Below are positions 34,714 to 49,700 of a stretch of 64,000 nt of DNA, piece by piece. This stretch comes from Narcine bancroftii (lineage: Eukaryota): the NCBI RefSeq assembly GCF_036971445.1, contig NC_091476.1, positions 75,640,001 to 75,704,000 on the forward strand, in the 5' to 3' direction. The position numbers and the translations under genes are program-made. Within the stretch, counting starts at the first letter, position 1; every line of letters starts with the position of its first letter. The notes below the pieces were generated by a model. It was not told the DNA's origin, did no database searches, and worked only from the letters and a program-made list of their open reading frames with translations.

Positions 34714-37700
34714 CTGTTGGGGCAAATGTAGAGGGGATATTTGATGGATTTTTATTTATACAAATTTGGAGAATTGTATGCAGTTTTGGTCACCGAATTA
34801 TGAGGCGGACAGACAGAGTAAATGTAGGTCAGCTTTTTTTATAGAACCACAGAAGATGACAGCACGAAACAGGCCCTTCGACCCTTCTAGTCTGTCTATT
34901 CTGCCTTGTCCCACCGACCTGCAACCAAATTCGTCAGTGTTAAAATTGAGCCCAGATCCACCACTTCAGCTCATTCCACACCCCCACTGTTCTCTGTGTG
35001 AAGAAGTTCCCCCTAAACTTTTCCCCTTTCACCCTTAATCCTTGTCCTCTGGTTTGTATCTCACCCACCCTCAGTGGGAAAAGCTGACCTACATTTACTC
35101 TGTCTGTCCCCCTCATAATTTTAAAAACCTCCATCAAATCTCCCCTCATTCTTCTGCACTCCAGGGAATAAAGTCTGTACCTGTTTAGCCTTTCCCTGTA
35201 ACTCAGTCCCTGAAGTCCGGGCAACATCCTAGTAAATCTTCTCTGCCCTCTTTCTATCTTACTGAGATCTTTCCTGTAGTTCGGTGACCAAAATTGCACA
35301 CAATTCTCCAAATTTGGCTTCACCAATATCTTGTACAACTTTACCACAACATCCCAGCTCCTGTACTCAATACTTTGATTTATGAAGGCCAAGATGCTAA
35401 AAGCTCTCTCTACAACCCTGTCCACCTGTGACACCACTTTCAGGGAATTATGTATCTGTGTTTCCAAATCCCTCTGTTCTACCACACTCCTCAGTGCCTG
35501 ACTGTTCACCGTGTACGTCCTTTCTTGGTTTATCCTTCCAAAATGCAGCACCTCACACTTGTTTGCATTAAATTCCATCGGCCATTTTGCAGCCTCTTTT
35601 TCCAGCTGGTCCAGATCCCTCTGCAAACTTTGAAAACCTTCCTCTCTGTCCACAACGCCTCCAATCTGCAAACTTGCTGATCCAATTTACCACTAAGGGT
35701 GGGTGAGATACAAACCAGAGGCCATGGGTTAAGGGTGAAAGGGAAAAGGTTTAGGGGGAACTTCTTCACATAGAGAGCGGTGGGGGTGTGGAACAATCTG
35801 AAAGGATAAATGTGGGCGCAGTTTTGACATTTAAGAAGAATTTGGACAGGTCCATAGATGGGAGGGGTATGGACTGGGTGCAGGTTAGTGGGATGAGACA
35901 GAAAAATGGTTTGACCCAAACTAGAAGGACTGAAGGGCCTGTTTCTGTGCTGTACTTTTCTATTGGTGGAGGAGCAGAATGTCTGGTAGGTCAGGGGTGG
36001 GGTTCTCACCTCTCCATGAATCCCACGGGCTCCATCTGCAGTGGGAGGATCTCACGGCTCCCAGTTCACCCAACACCTTCAGTCTCTTCTGATGATGGAA
36101 ACCCTGGCAATGGTCATACTGGCACTGAAAAGCAGACACAGAGTGAAGTTCCCTCCGCACTGTCCCATCACACACTCCCAGGGCCAGGCACAGAGTGAAG
36201 TTCCCTCTGCACCGTCCCATCACACACTCCCAGGGCCAGGCACAGAGTGAAGTTCCCTCCGCACCATCCCATCACACACTCCCAGGGCCAGATACAGAGT
36301 GAAGTTCCCTCCGCACCGTCCCATCACACACTCCCAGGGCCAGACACAGAGTGAAGTTCCCTCCGCACCGTTCCATCACACACTCCCAGGGCCAGACACA
36401 GAGTGAAGTTCCCTCCGCACCGTCCCATCACAAACTCCCAGGGCCAGACACAGAGCGAAGTTCCCTCCGCACCATCCCATCACACACTCCCAGGGCCAGA
36501 CACAGAGTGAAGTTCCCTCCGCACCATCCCATCACACACTCCCAGGGCCAGACACAGAGTGAAGTTCCCTCTGCACCATCCCATCACACAATCCCAGGGT
36601 CAGACACAGAGTGAAGTTCCCTCTACACCGTCCCATCACACACTCCCAGGGCCAGACACAGAGTGAAGTTCCCTCTGCACCGTCCCGTCACACTCTCCCA
36701 GGGACAGAGACAGAGTGAAGCTCCTTCCGCACCATACCATCACACATTCCCGGGGTCAGACACAGAGTGAAGCTCCCTCTGCACCGTCCCGTCACACAAT
36801 CCCAGGGTCAGACACAGAGTGAAGCTCCCTCTGCACCGTCCCGTCACACAATCCCAGGGTCAGACACAGAGTGAAGCTCCCGCTGCACCATCCCGTCACA
36901 TACTCCCGGGGTCAGACCAATGCCACCCCTTCTTCCCCTCCCCACCATGACTCACCGAAGCCCAATCGTAATTGCCCCTAGTCCTGTGCTTCCTCTTCAA
37001 TCCCGGTTGGGTGCTGCTTTCCCACGTCCTGCCCAGTGGGTGCCTGAAGGGAGAAACCAAACCAGTAGCTGCTGCTCCTGTGCCTTTGGGCGGGAGAGCA
37101 GGGGGTTGGTGTAGCTGTGGGGCAGGGAGGGAGGGGTCTGAGATACCTGCTGGTCCTCTGGGAGAGCGTCTGGCCCCCGGGGGCCTGCAGCAACTGTGGA
37201 TTGGCAACAGGATGCGGCTGGAAATCCTGGTCCTCCATTGGGATAAACGGGGCCAGCGTATCGAGGTCCTGGACAGTGAACACAGCCTGCACAGAGAAGG
37301 AATCTGGTGAGCCAACCCATCTCTGTGGGCTGAATGGTGCAATAGGGTAGAAGGGCTGAATGGCCTCATGGCCTGCACTAGCAGCTGCACCCTTTGCTGC
37401 TTACCTGCTGCCATCCAGCCAGTCCTACGGTCCTAGTCAACTGTACTCAGGTCTGTTCCCAGACCCTGTCCTTGAACAGCTGATCCCCATGTTCTCCCCT
37501 CTTCCAATGCCAGACCCATCCGACCAAACCCTAAATCGTGGCTGAACATGCAGGCAGGATATATTTAAACATCCAGCACAGTAACAGGCCCTTCCGGCCC
37601 ATGAGCCCATGTTGCCCAAGGAAACTTACAACCCCTGAGGGGGTGGTGGGGGGGGTGGGGGAAAGGAATACTTTTGAGAATGGATGGGGAAGGCAGTTAC

Positions 37701-40700
37701 TGGTGTTGGGATGTTTTTTTTTAAAAATTTTTTATTTTTCACACCATAAACCACGTTAACCATGATACATACTTTTTCCTTTTCAAATATATACAGTGCC
37801 ATTTTCTCCTCCCCCCACCCTCCTCCCATCCCACCCTCCCTACCTCCCCACCCCCCACACCCCCCCCCCCCCCGTCCATTTAAAGTACAAAATTTAGGAT
37901 ACATTAAACCAGTCAAACAATGTTGTCATTCATTAAAAATAAACAAGAAATTCCACTGAGTCAATTGTTTTCATTTCCTTCTCCTTTCGTTAATTTAAGT
38001 AGTGAATGTCCCCGGTAGGTTTTCTCTATTGTGTTTCAAGTAAGGCTCCCATATTTGTTCAAATATTTCAATATTATTTCTTAAACTATTTGTTATTTTT
38101 TCTAATGGAATACATTTATTGTTGTATTTTCAAATTATCTTCCAATTTCCAGGTTGACATAATACATTTTTTTGCTACGGCTAGAGCTATCTTAACAAAT
38201 CTTTTTTGTGCACCATCCAAATCAATTCCAAATTCTTTGTTTTTTATGTTACTTAGGAGGAAGATCTCTGGATTCTTTGGTATATTATTTTCTGTAATTT
38301 TATTTAATATTTGGTTTAGATCTTCCCAAAATTTTTCTACTTTCTCACATGTCCAGATTGCATGAATTGTTGTTCCCATTTCTTTTTTACATTGAAAACA
38401 TCTATCAGATATTGTTGGGTCCCATTTATTTAACTTTTGAGGTGTAATGTATAGCCTGTGTATCCAGTTATATTGTATCATACGTAACCTCGTATTTATT
38501 GTATTTCTCATCGTTCCAGAAAATAACTTCTCCCATGTTTCCTTTTTTATCTTTATATTTAAATCTTGTTCCCATTTTTGTTTAGTTTTACCATTTGTTT
38601 CCTCATTCTCCTTTTCTTGCAGTTTAATATACATATTTGTTATAAATCTTTTGATTATCATTGTATCTGTAATCACATATTCAAAGTTACTTCCCTCTGC
38701 TAAACTCAGACTGCTTCCTAATTTGTCCTTCAAGTAGGATCTCAATTGGTAATATGCCAACACTGTATCTTGAGTTATATTGTATTTATCTTTCATTTGT
38801 TCAAAGGATAAAAATCTATTTCCTGAAAAACAATTTTCTATTCTTTTGATCCCTTTTTTCTCCCATTCTCTAAAGGAAAGGTTATCTATTGTAAAAGGGA
38901 GTAACTTATTTTGCGTCAATATTAGTTTTGGTAATTGATAATTTGTTTTATTTCTTTCTACATGAATCTTCTTCCAAATATTGAGTAGATGATGTAATAC
39001 TGGAGAACTTCTATGTTGTACCAATTTTTCATCCCATTTATATAATATGTGTTCAGGTATCTTTTCCCCTATTTTATCTAATTCTAATCTAGTCCAATCT
39101 GGCTTTTCCCTTGTTTGATAAAAATCTGATAGGTATCTTAATTGTGCGGCTCTATAATAATTTTTAAAGATTGGCAGTTGTAAGCCTCCTTGTTTATACC
39201 ATTCTGTTAATTTATCTAGTGCTATCCTTGGTTTCCCCCCTTTCCATAAAAATTTCCTTATTATTTTCTTTAACTCCTTGAAGAATTTCTCTGTCAAGTG
39301 TATTGGCAATGCCTGAAATAGGTATAATATTCCTGGAAAATGTTCATTTTAATACAGTTTATCCTTCCTATTAGTGTTAGTGGTAAATCTTTCCAATGCT
39401 CTAAATCGTCCTGTAAATTTTTCATTAGTGGATAATAATTGAGTTTATATAGTTGGCCGAGATTTTTATTTATTTGTATACCTAGGTATCTTATTGCTTG
39501 CATTTGCCATCTGAATGGTGATTCGTTCTTAAATTTTGAGAAATCCGCATTATTCATTGGCATTGCTTCACTTTTATTTACGTTAATCTTGTAACCCGAC
39601 ACTTCTCCATATTTCTTCAATTTCTTATATAATTCTTTTATTGATAGTTCTGGTTCTGTTAAGTATACTATAACATCATCCACAAATAAACGGATTTTAT
39701 ATTCCTTGTCTTTTATTTTTATCCCTTTTATTTTATTTTCTGTTCTTATCAATTCTGCTAGTGGTTCTATAGCTAATGCGAACAATAAGGGTGATAGTGG
39801 GCATCCCTGCTGTGTTGACCTGCTTAAGTTAAATTGCTTTGATATATATCCATTTACTGTCACTTTCGCCAATGGCCCCTTATATAATGCTTTAATCCAA
39901 TTAATATACTTCTCTGGTAAACTGAATTTTTGCAATACTTTGAATAAATAATTCCATTCTACTCTGTCAAAGGCCTTCTCTGTGTCTAAAGCAACTGCTA
40001 CTGTTGGCGCTTTACTCCCTTCTACTGCATGAATTAAGTTAATAAATTTACAAATATTGTCTGTTGTGCGTCTTTTTTTAATAAATCCAGTTTGGTCTAG
40101 ATTTACCATTTTCGGTACATACTCTGCTAATCTGTTTGCTAATAGTTTAGCTATTATCTTATAATCTGTGTTAAGTAATGATATTGGTCTATATGACGCT
40201 GGTGCGAGTGGATCTTTCCCTTGCTTTAGTATTACTGTAATTATTGCTGTTTTACATGAATCTGGTAAGCTTTGTGTTTTATCAATCTGGTTGATTACTT
40301 CCAGGAGGGGAGGAATTAATAAATCTTTAAATGTTTTATAGAATTCTATTGGGAATCCATCCTCTCCTGGTGTTTTATTATTTGGTAATTTTTTATTTAC
40401 TCTTGTATTTCTACTAGTTCAAATGGTTCTGTTAATTAATTTTGTTCCTCTATTTGTAATTTTGGTAGTTCAATTTTAGTTAGAAATTCATCTATTTTCC
40501 CTTCTTTCCCTTCGTTTTCAGTTTGGTATAATTGTTCATAGAATTCTCTAAAGTTTTCCTTGATCTCCTTTGGATTATATGTGATTTGTTTGTCTTTTTT
40601 CCTTGATGCCAATACCATTTTCTTAGCTTGTTCTGTCTTAAGCTGCCATGCTAGAATTTTGTGCATTTTTTCCCCTAGTTCATAATATTTCTGTTTTGTC

Positions 40701-43700
40701 TTCATTATATTCTTCTCCACCTTATATGTTTGTAGTGTTTCATATTTTATTTTTTTATCTTCCAATTCTCTTCTTTTAGTTGTATCTTCCTTCATTGCTA
40801 ATTCTTTTTCTATATTTACTATTTCCCTTTCCAACTGCTCTGATTCCTGATTATAGTCCTTCTTCATCTTGGTTACATAACTTATTATTTGCCCTCTAAT
40901 GAACGCTTTCATTGCATCCCATAGTATAAACTTATCTTTCACTGATTCCGTATTTATTTCAAAATACATTTTAATTTGTCTTTCAATGAATTCTCTAAAA
41001 TCCTGCCTTTTGAGTAACATGGAGTTTAATCTCCATCTATACATTCTTGGAGGGATGTCCTCTAACTTTATTGTCAATATTAAGGGTGAGTGGTCCGATA
41101 ATATTCTAGCTTTATATCCTGTTTTTCTTACTCTATCTTGCATACGAGCTGATAACAAAAATAGGTCTATTCTTGAGTATGTTTTATGTCTAGCCGAGTA
41201 ATATGAATATTCCTTTTCATTTGGGTGTTGTTTCCTCCATATATCCAAAAGTTGCATTTCTTCCATCGATTTAATTATAAATTTGGTTACTTTGTTCTTT
41301 CTGTTAATTTTTTTCCCAGTTTTGTCCATATTTGAATCCAAATTCAGGTTGAAATCCCCTCCTATTAATATGTTCCCTTGCATATCTGCTATCTTCAAAA
41401 AAATATCTTGCATAAACTTTTGATCTTCTTCGTTAGGTGAATATACATTGAGTAGATTCCAAAACTCCGAATATCCCTGCTGGATCTATTATTTCCTCTT
41501 CTATTTTAATTGGCACATTTTTACTAATTAATATAGCTACTCCTCTTGCTTTTGAATTATACGACGCTGCTGTTACGTGTCCTACCCAATCTTACCCAAT
41601 CTCTCTTTAATTTCTTGTGCTCCAATTCAGTTAAATGTGTTTCTTGCACAAATGCTATATCAATTTTTTCTTTTTTCAGTAAATTTAGCAGTTTCTTCCT
41701 TTTAATTTGGTTATGTATTCCATTAATATTTAAAGTCATATAGTTCAGCGTAGCCATTTTATACTTTGTTTATCTTCCCTTTCCGTTTCTCCATCATCAC
41801 CTTTCCTTCTTATCCATTTCTGCTTTCTTGTTTTGAACACTTTATAAGACAACATTTCTAAAACATCAAACATTTTCCTTATTCTCCTATTTAAAACTTC
41901 TTTAACCCCATTCTCCCCTCCCCCTCCTGAAATGTCCTTTATCCCTTGTCGGACAACCACATCTCCCCTCTCCAATTGGAGATTTGCTGATTTTGCAGTG
42001 ACTGTAACTCCTCCCTACCCAGCCCCCCCCAGAAAAGATTTCAATTTTCATATGTAACAAAGATCACTCTTTTAATTCCCTCCTTATTCCCTCTATTCCA
42101 TTTCCCTCCCTTATTAATTCTTGTCTATACTCTATATATTTTCGTCTAAATACGGATACATTCATGAATGCACACTATATATATATACACACAAATACCC
42201 CTTTACACACATACATATAGATCGTGGTCATTTTTACTCTTATTACATGTCTTCATCTCTCTGCTTGTTTTGTAGTTGTTCTGCAAATTTCCTTGCTTCC
42301 TCTGAATCCGAGAATAGTCTGTTTTGTTGCCCTGGAATAACTATTTTAAGTACCGCTGGGTACCTTAACATAAACTTATATCCTTTTTTCCATAAGATCG
42401 TTTTTGCTGTATTGAACTCCTTCCTCTTCTTCAGGAGTTCAAAACTTATGTCTGGATAGAAAATTTTTTTTTGACATTTATATTCCAGTGGCTTTTTGTC
42501 CTCTCTTACTTTCTTCATTGCTTTCTCCAATATATTTTCTCTTGTTGTGTATCTTAAGAATTTTACTAAAATGGATCTTGGTTTTTGCTGCGGTTGTGGT
42601 TTCGGGGCTAAAGTTCTATGTGCCCTCTCTATTTCCATTTCTTCCTGTAATTCTGGTCTTCCCAAGACCCTGGGGATCCAATCTTTTATAAATTCTCTCA
42701 TATTCTTGCCTTCTTCATCTTTTTTAAGGCCCACTATCTTTATATTATTTCTTCTATTATAGTTTTATATTATATCTATCTTCTGAGCTAACAGCTCCTG
42801 TGTCTCTTTAACTTTTTTATTAGATTCTTCTAATTTCTCTTTTAAGTCTTCTACTTCCATATCTACAAATGTTTCTCATTTTTCCATATTTTCCACTCTT
42901 TTTCCTAACTCTGATATGGCCATTTCCATTTTATTCATTTTTTCTTCTGCATTCTTAATTCTTCTTTTTATCTCATTAAACTCTTGTAATTGCCATTCTT
43001 TCACTGATTCCATATATTCTTTAAAAAAAGATACATCCATTGTCTTGCGTTTCTCTTCTTCTTCCATTTCTTTCTGTTCTTCTTCTTCTTCTTCCTCTGG
43101 GTTGACCATCTGTTGTTTCCTTGTTTTCTTTTTACCCTCTTCTTTCTTGTTGTCGTTATTGTCTGTGTTCTGCACCTGCTGCTGTGCTGCAGGTGTCTCT
43201 CTCAGCTGTGGAGATCGACTCCTCAGCTGTTCCCCCCTCCCGTCAGTGTGGTTTTTTTCATGGCATCGCGCATGCGCGAGGAGTCACGCATGCGCGGTTG
43301 CGCACTTTTACTCGGCTCTGCGAGCCATTTTTGTAGTCCCAATCCCGGGACTTCCACTGACCTGCGGGAGCGGGCTTCTCTCTCCGCGGCGGGCCTCTTC
43401 GTACAGGTAAGGCCTTCACCTTCTTCTTCCGACGTCTTTCCTTCTTCTTTTCTTCCCGTTGTTTTTGGTTTTTCTTTCTTCGCTGCCATTTTCTCCACAC
43501 TTTTACTTTCACTTTGTTTTGGTTTTTAAGTTTGTGCCTTTGCTTTTTCTCTATCTTTTTTTAACTTTTCTGGAGAGGGCTGGAGTTCCCCTACTGGCCA
43601 CTACTCCATCACGTGACTCCCCCCTGGTGTTGGGATGTTATGGTAAAGTTGTATAAGACATTGGTGAGGCCAAATTTGAAGAATTGTGTGCAGCTTTGGT

Positions 43701-46700
43701 CACTGAACTACAGGAAAGATAATAAGATAGAAAGAGGGCAGGGAAGATTTACTAGGATGTTGCCCAGACTTCAGGAACTAAGTTACAGGTACGAATTCTA
43801 TTCTCTGGAGTGTAGAGGAATGAGGGGAGATTTGATGGAAGTATTTAAAATTATGAGGGGGACAGACAGCGGAAATGGAGGTCGGCTTTTCCCACTGAGG
43901 GTGGGTGAGATACAAACCGGAGGTCATGGGTAAAAGTTTCAGGGGAACCTTTTCACTCAGAGAGTGTGGAACGAGCTGAAGTGAATTCGGGCTCAATTTT
44001 AACATTGAAGAAGAATTTGGAGGAGTCACGTGATGGAGTAGTGGCTGGTCAGGGAACTCCAGCCCTCTCCGGAAAAGTTTTTAAAAAATACACAAAACAC
44101 AAAGGTACAAGAATAAAAATTAAAACAAAGTAAAAGTAAAGGTGGGAAGAAAATGGCAGCGAAGAGAGAAAAGTCGAAAGCAACGGGAAGAAGAGAAGAA
44201 GAAAGAACATCGGAAGAAGAAGGTGAAGGCCTTACCTGTCCAAGGAGGCCCGCCGCGGAGAGAGAAGCCCGCTCCCTCAGGTCAGTGGAAGTCCCAAGCT
44301 CGGGACTACAAAAATGGCGAGGAGTCGTGCATGCGCGATGCGCATGAAAAAAAACACACTGACGGGAGGGGGGAACAGCTGAGGAGTTGATCTCCACAGC
44401 TGAGGATGACAGCTGCAACACAGCAACAGGAAGAGAACACAGAAAACAATGAGAACAAGAAAGAAGAGAGTAAAAAGAAAACAAGGAAACAACAGATGAC
44501 CAACCCAGAGGAAGAAGAAGAAGAAGAAGAACATAGAGAAATGGAAGAAGAAGGGAAAGGCAAGACAATGGATATATTTTTTTTTAAAAGAGTATATGGA
44601 ATCAGTAAAAGAATGGCAATTACAAGAATTTAATGAAATAAGAAGAATTAAAAGTGCAGAAGAAAAAATGAATAGAATAGAGATGGTCATGTCAGATATA
44701 GGAAAAAGAGTGGATAATGTGGAAGAACGAGAAACAATCGTAGAAATGGAAGTAGAGGACTTAAAAGAGAAATTAGAAGAATCTAATAAAAAAGTTAAAG
44801 AGGCACAAGAGCTGTTAGCTCAGAAGATAGATATAATGGAAAACTATAATAGAAGAAATAATATAAAGATAGTGGGCCTTAATGAAGATGAAGAAGGCAA
44901 GAATCTGAGAGAATTTATAAAAGATTAGATCCCCAGGGTCCTAGGAAGACCAGAATTACAGGAAGAAATGGAAATAGAAAGGGCACATAGAACATTAGCC
45001 CCGAAACCACAGCCACAGCAAAAACCAAGATCCATTTTAGTAAAATTCTTAAGATATACAACAAGAGAAAATATATTGGAGAAAGCAATGAAGAAAATAA
45101 AAGAAGACAAAAAGCCACTGGAATACAAAGGTCAAGAGAAGAGAAAGGAGTTTAATACAGCAAAAACGATCCTATGGAAAAAAGGATATAAATTTATGTT
45201 AAAGTACCCAGCGGTACTTAAAATAGTTATTCCAGGGCAGCAAAACAGACTATTCTTGGATCCGGAGGAAGCACAAAAATTTGCAGAACAAGGGAACAGA
45301 GGAAGTAAGGAGGGAATTAAAAGAGTGACCTTTGTTATATATGAAAATTGAAATCTTTTCTGGGGGGGCTGGGTGAGGAGGAGTTACGGTCACTGCAAAA
45401 TCAGTTGACGCTTGCGAGTGAATTCGCAAATCCAAATGGAGAGGGGAGATATGGTTGCCCGACAAGGGATAAAGGGCAACTCAGGAGGGGGAAGGGGAGA
45501 ATGGGGTTAAAGAAATTTTAGATAGGAGAATAAGGGAAATGTTTGATGTTTTAGAAATGTTGTCTTATAAATTGTTCAAAACAAGAAAGCAGAAATGGAT
45601 GAGAAGGAAAGGTGATGATGAGGAAACGGAAAGGGAAGATAAACAAAGTATGAAATGGCTACGTTGAACTATATGACTTTAAATATTAATGGAATACATA
45701 ACCAAATCAAAAGGAAGAAACTGCTAAATTTACTGAAAAAAGAAAAAAATTGATATAGCATTCGTGCAAGAAACACATTTAACTTAAATGGAGCACAAGA
45801 AATTAAAGAGAGATTGGGTAGGACATGTAACAGCAGCGTCATATAATTCAAAAGCTAGAGGAATAGCTATATTAATCAGTAAAAATGTACCAATTAAAAT
45901 AGAAGAGGAAATAATAGATCCAGCAGGGAGATATGTAATGATAAAATGTCAGATATATTCGGAGTTTTGGAATTTACTCAATGTATATTCACCTAATGAA
46001 GAAGATCAAAAATTTATGCAAGATATTTTTTTGAAGATAGCAGACATGCAAGTGAACATACTAATAGGAGGGGATTTCAACCTTAATTTGGATTCAAACA
46101 TGGATAAAACGGGGAAAAAAATTAATAGAAAGAACAAAGTAACCAAATTTATCACTAAATCGATGCAAGAAATGCAACTTTTGGATATATGGAGGAAACA
46201 ACACCCAAAGGAAAAGGAATATTCATATTATTCGGATAGACATAAAACATACTCAAGAATAGACCTTTTCTTGTTATCAGCTCGTATGCAAGACAGAGTA
46301 AGAAAAACAGAATATAAAGCTAGAATATTATCGGACCATTCACCCTTGATATTGACAATAGAGTTAGAGGACATCCCTCCAAGAATGTATAGATGGAGAT
46401 TAAACTCCATGCTACTTAAAAGGCAGGATTTTAGAGAATTAATTGAAAGACAAATTAAAATGTACTTTGAAATAAATACGGAATCAGTGAAAGATAAGTT
46501 TATACTATGGGACGCAATGAAAGCGTTCATCAGAGGGCAAATAATAAGTTATGTAACCAAGATGAAGAAGGACTATAATCAGGAAACAGAGCAGTTGGAA
46601 AGGGAAATAGTAAATATAGAAAAAGAATTAGCAATGAAGGAAGACACAACTAAAAGAAGAGAATTGGCAGATAAAAAAATAAAATATGAAACACTACAAA

Positions 46701-49700
46701 CATATAAGTTGGAGAAGAATGTAATGAAGACAAAACAGAAATATTATGAACTAGGAGAAAAAATGCACAAAATTCTAGCATGGCAGCTGAAGACAGAACA
46801 AACTAAGAGAATGGTATTGGCATCAAGGAAAAAAGACAAACAAATCACATATAATCCAATGGAGATTAATGAAAACTTCAGAGAATTCTACGAACAATTA
46901 TACCAAACTGAAAACGAAAGGAAAGAAGACAAAATAGATGAATTTTTAACTAAAATTAAACTACCAAAATTACAAATAGAGGAACAAAATAAATTGACAG
47001 AACCATTTGAAATAGTAGAAATACAAGAGATAATAAAAAATCTACCAAATAATAAAACACCAGGAGAGGATGGATTCCCAATAGAATTCTATAAAACATT
47101 TAAAGATTTATTAATTCCTCCCCTCCTGGAAGTAATCAACCAGATTGAAAAAACACAAAGCTTACCAGATTCATGCAAAACAGCAATAATTACAGTAATA
47201 CCAAAGACAGGGAAAGATCCACTCGCACCAGCGTCATATAGACCAATATCTTTACTTAACACAGATTATAAGATAATAGCTAAACTATTAGCAAACAGAT
47301 TAGCTGACTATGTACCAAAAATAGTAAATCTAGACCAAACTGGATTTATTAAAAAAAGACGAACAACACAATATCTGTAAATTTATTAACTTAATTCATG
47401 CAGTAGAAGGGAATTAAGCTCCAACAGTAGCAGTTGCTTTAGACGCAGAGAAGGCCTTTGACAGAGTAGAATATAATTATTTATTCAAAGTATTACAAAA
47501 ATTCAGTTTACCAGAGAAGTATAATAATTGGATTAAAGCATTATATAAGGGGCCATTGGCAAAAGTGACAGTAAATGGATATATATCAAAGCAATTTAAC
47601 TTAAGCAGATCAACAAGGCAGGGAAGCTCACTATCACCCTTATTGTTCGCGTTAGCTATAGAACCTCTAGCAGAATTGATAAGAATAGAAAATAAAATAA
47701 AAGGGATAAAAATAAAAGACAAGGAATATAAAATCCGTTTATTTGCAGATGACGTTATAGTATACTTAACAGAACAAGAATTATCAATAAAATAATTACA
47801 TAAGAAATTGAAGGAATATGGAGATGTGTCGGGTTACAAGATTAACGCAAATAAAAGTGAAGTAATGCCAATGAATAATACGGATTTCTCAAAATTTAAG
47901 AAAGAATCACCATTTAGATGGCAAACACAAGCAATGTGATACCTAGGTATACAACTAAATAAAAACCTTGGCCATCTATATAAACTCAATTACCATCCAT
48001 TAATGAAAAAAATTACAAGAAGACTTAGAGCATTGGAAAGACTTACCACTAACACTGATAGGAAGGATAAAATGTATTAAAATGAATATTTTCCCAAGGA
48101 TATAATACCTATTTCAGTCATTACCAATACACCTAACAGAGAAATTATTCAAGGAGTTAAAGAAAATAATAAGGAAATTCTTATGGAAAGGGGGGAAACC
48201 GAGGATAGCACTAGATAAATTAACAGAATGGTATAAACAAGGAGGCTTACAACTGCCAATCTTTAAAAATTATTATAGAGCCGCACAATTAAGATACCTA
48301 TCAGATTTTTATCAAACAAGGGAAAAACCAGATTGGACCAGATTAGAACTAGATAAAATAGGGGAGAAGATATCTGAACATATATTATATAAATGGGATG
48401 AAAAATTGGTACAACGTAGGAATTCTCCAGTATTACATCATCTGCTCAATATTTGGAAGAAGATTCATGTAGAAAGGAATAAAACAAATTACCAATTACC
48501 AAAACTATTACTGACACAAAATCAGTTAATCCCTTTTACAATAGATAACCTTTCCTTTAGAGAATGGGAGAAAAAAGGGATCAAAAGAATAGAAAATTGT
48601 TTTTCAGGAAATAAATTACTATCCTTTGAACAAATGAAGAATAAATATAATACAACTCAAGATACAGTGTTGGCATACTGCCAACTGAAATCCTACTTGA
48701 AGGGCAAATTGGGAAGCAGTCTGAGGTTACCAGAGGGAAGTAATTTTGAATATGTGATTACAGACACAATGATAATCAAAAAATTTATAACAAATATGTA
48801 TATTAAACTGCAAGAAAAGGAGAATGAGGAAACAAATGGTAAAACTAAACAAAAATGGGAACAAGATTTAAACATAAAGATAAAGAAGGAAACATGGGAG
48901 AAGTTATGCTCTGGAATTATGAGAAATACAATAAACATGAGGTTACGTATGATACAATATAACTGGATACACCTCAAAAGTTAAATAAATGGGACCGAAC
49001 AGTATCTGACAGATGTTTTCGTTGTAAAAAAGAAATGGGAACAACAATTCATGCAATCTGGACATGTGAGAAAGTGAAAAAATTTTGGGAAGATCTAAAC
49101 CAGATATTAAATAAAATTACAGAAAGCAATATACCAAAAAACCCAGAGATCTTCCTCCTAAGTAACATAAAAAACAAAGAATTTGGACTTGATTTGGATG
49201 GTGCACAAAAAAGATTTGTTCGGATACCCCTAGCCGTAGCAAAAAAATGTATTATGTCAGCCTGGAAATTAGAAGATAACTTGAGAATACAACAATGGTA
49301 TATAGAAATGAATAAATGTATTCCATTAGAAAAAAATAACATATAATTTAAGAAATAATATTGCAATATTTGAACAAATATGGGAGCCATACATGAAACA
49401 CAATAGAGAAAACCTACCGGGGTCATCTGCCACCTAAAATGACAGAAGGAGAAGGAAATGAAAAGAATTGACTCAGTGGAACTTTTTGTTTATTTTTATT
49501 GAGTGACAACATTGTTTGACTGGTTTAATGTATCTTAGATTCTGTATTTTAAATGAATGGAAGGGGAGGTAGGGAGGGTGGGATGGGAAGAGGGAGGGGG
49601 GGAGAAAACGACACTGTATATATTTGAAAAGGAAAATGTATGTATCTTGATCAACGTGGTTTATGGTGTGAAAAATAAAAAATTTAAAAAAAAAGAAGAA

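Noticed and set aside
36132-36916. CRISPR-like array
   Set aside because: Units are contiguous with no unique spacers, in a vertebrate intron; it is a minisatellite.
37716-49692. One giant TIR transposon or an assembly fold-back
   Set aside because: Each arm has its own TSD, poly(A) tail and private mutations, indicating two separate L1 insertions.
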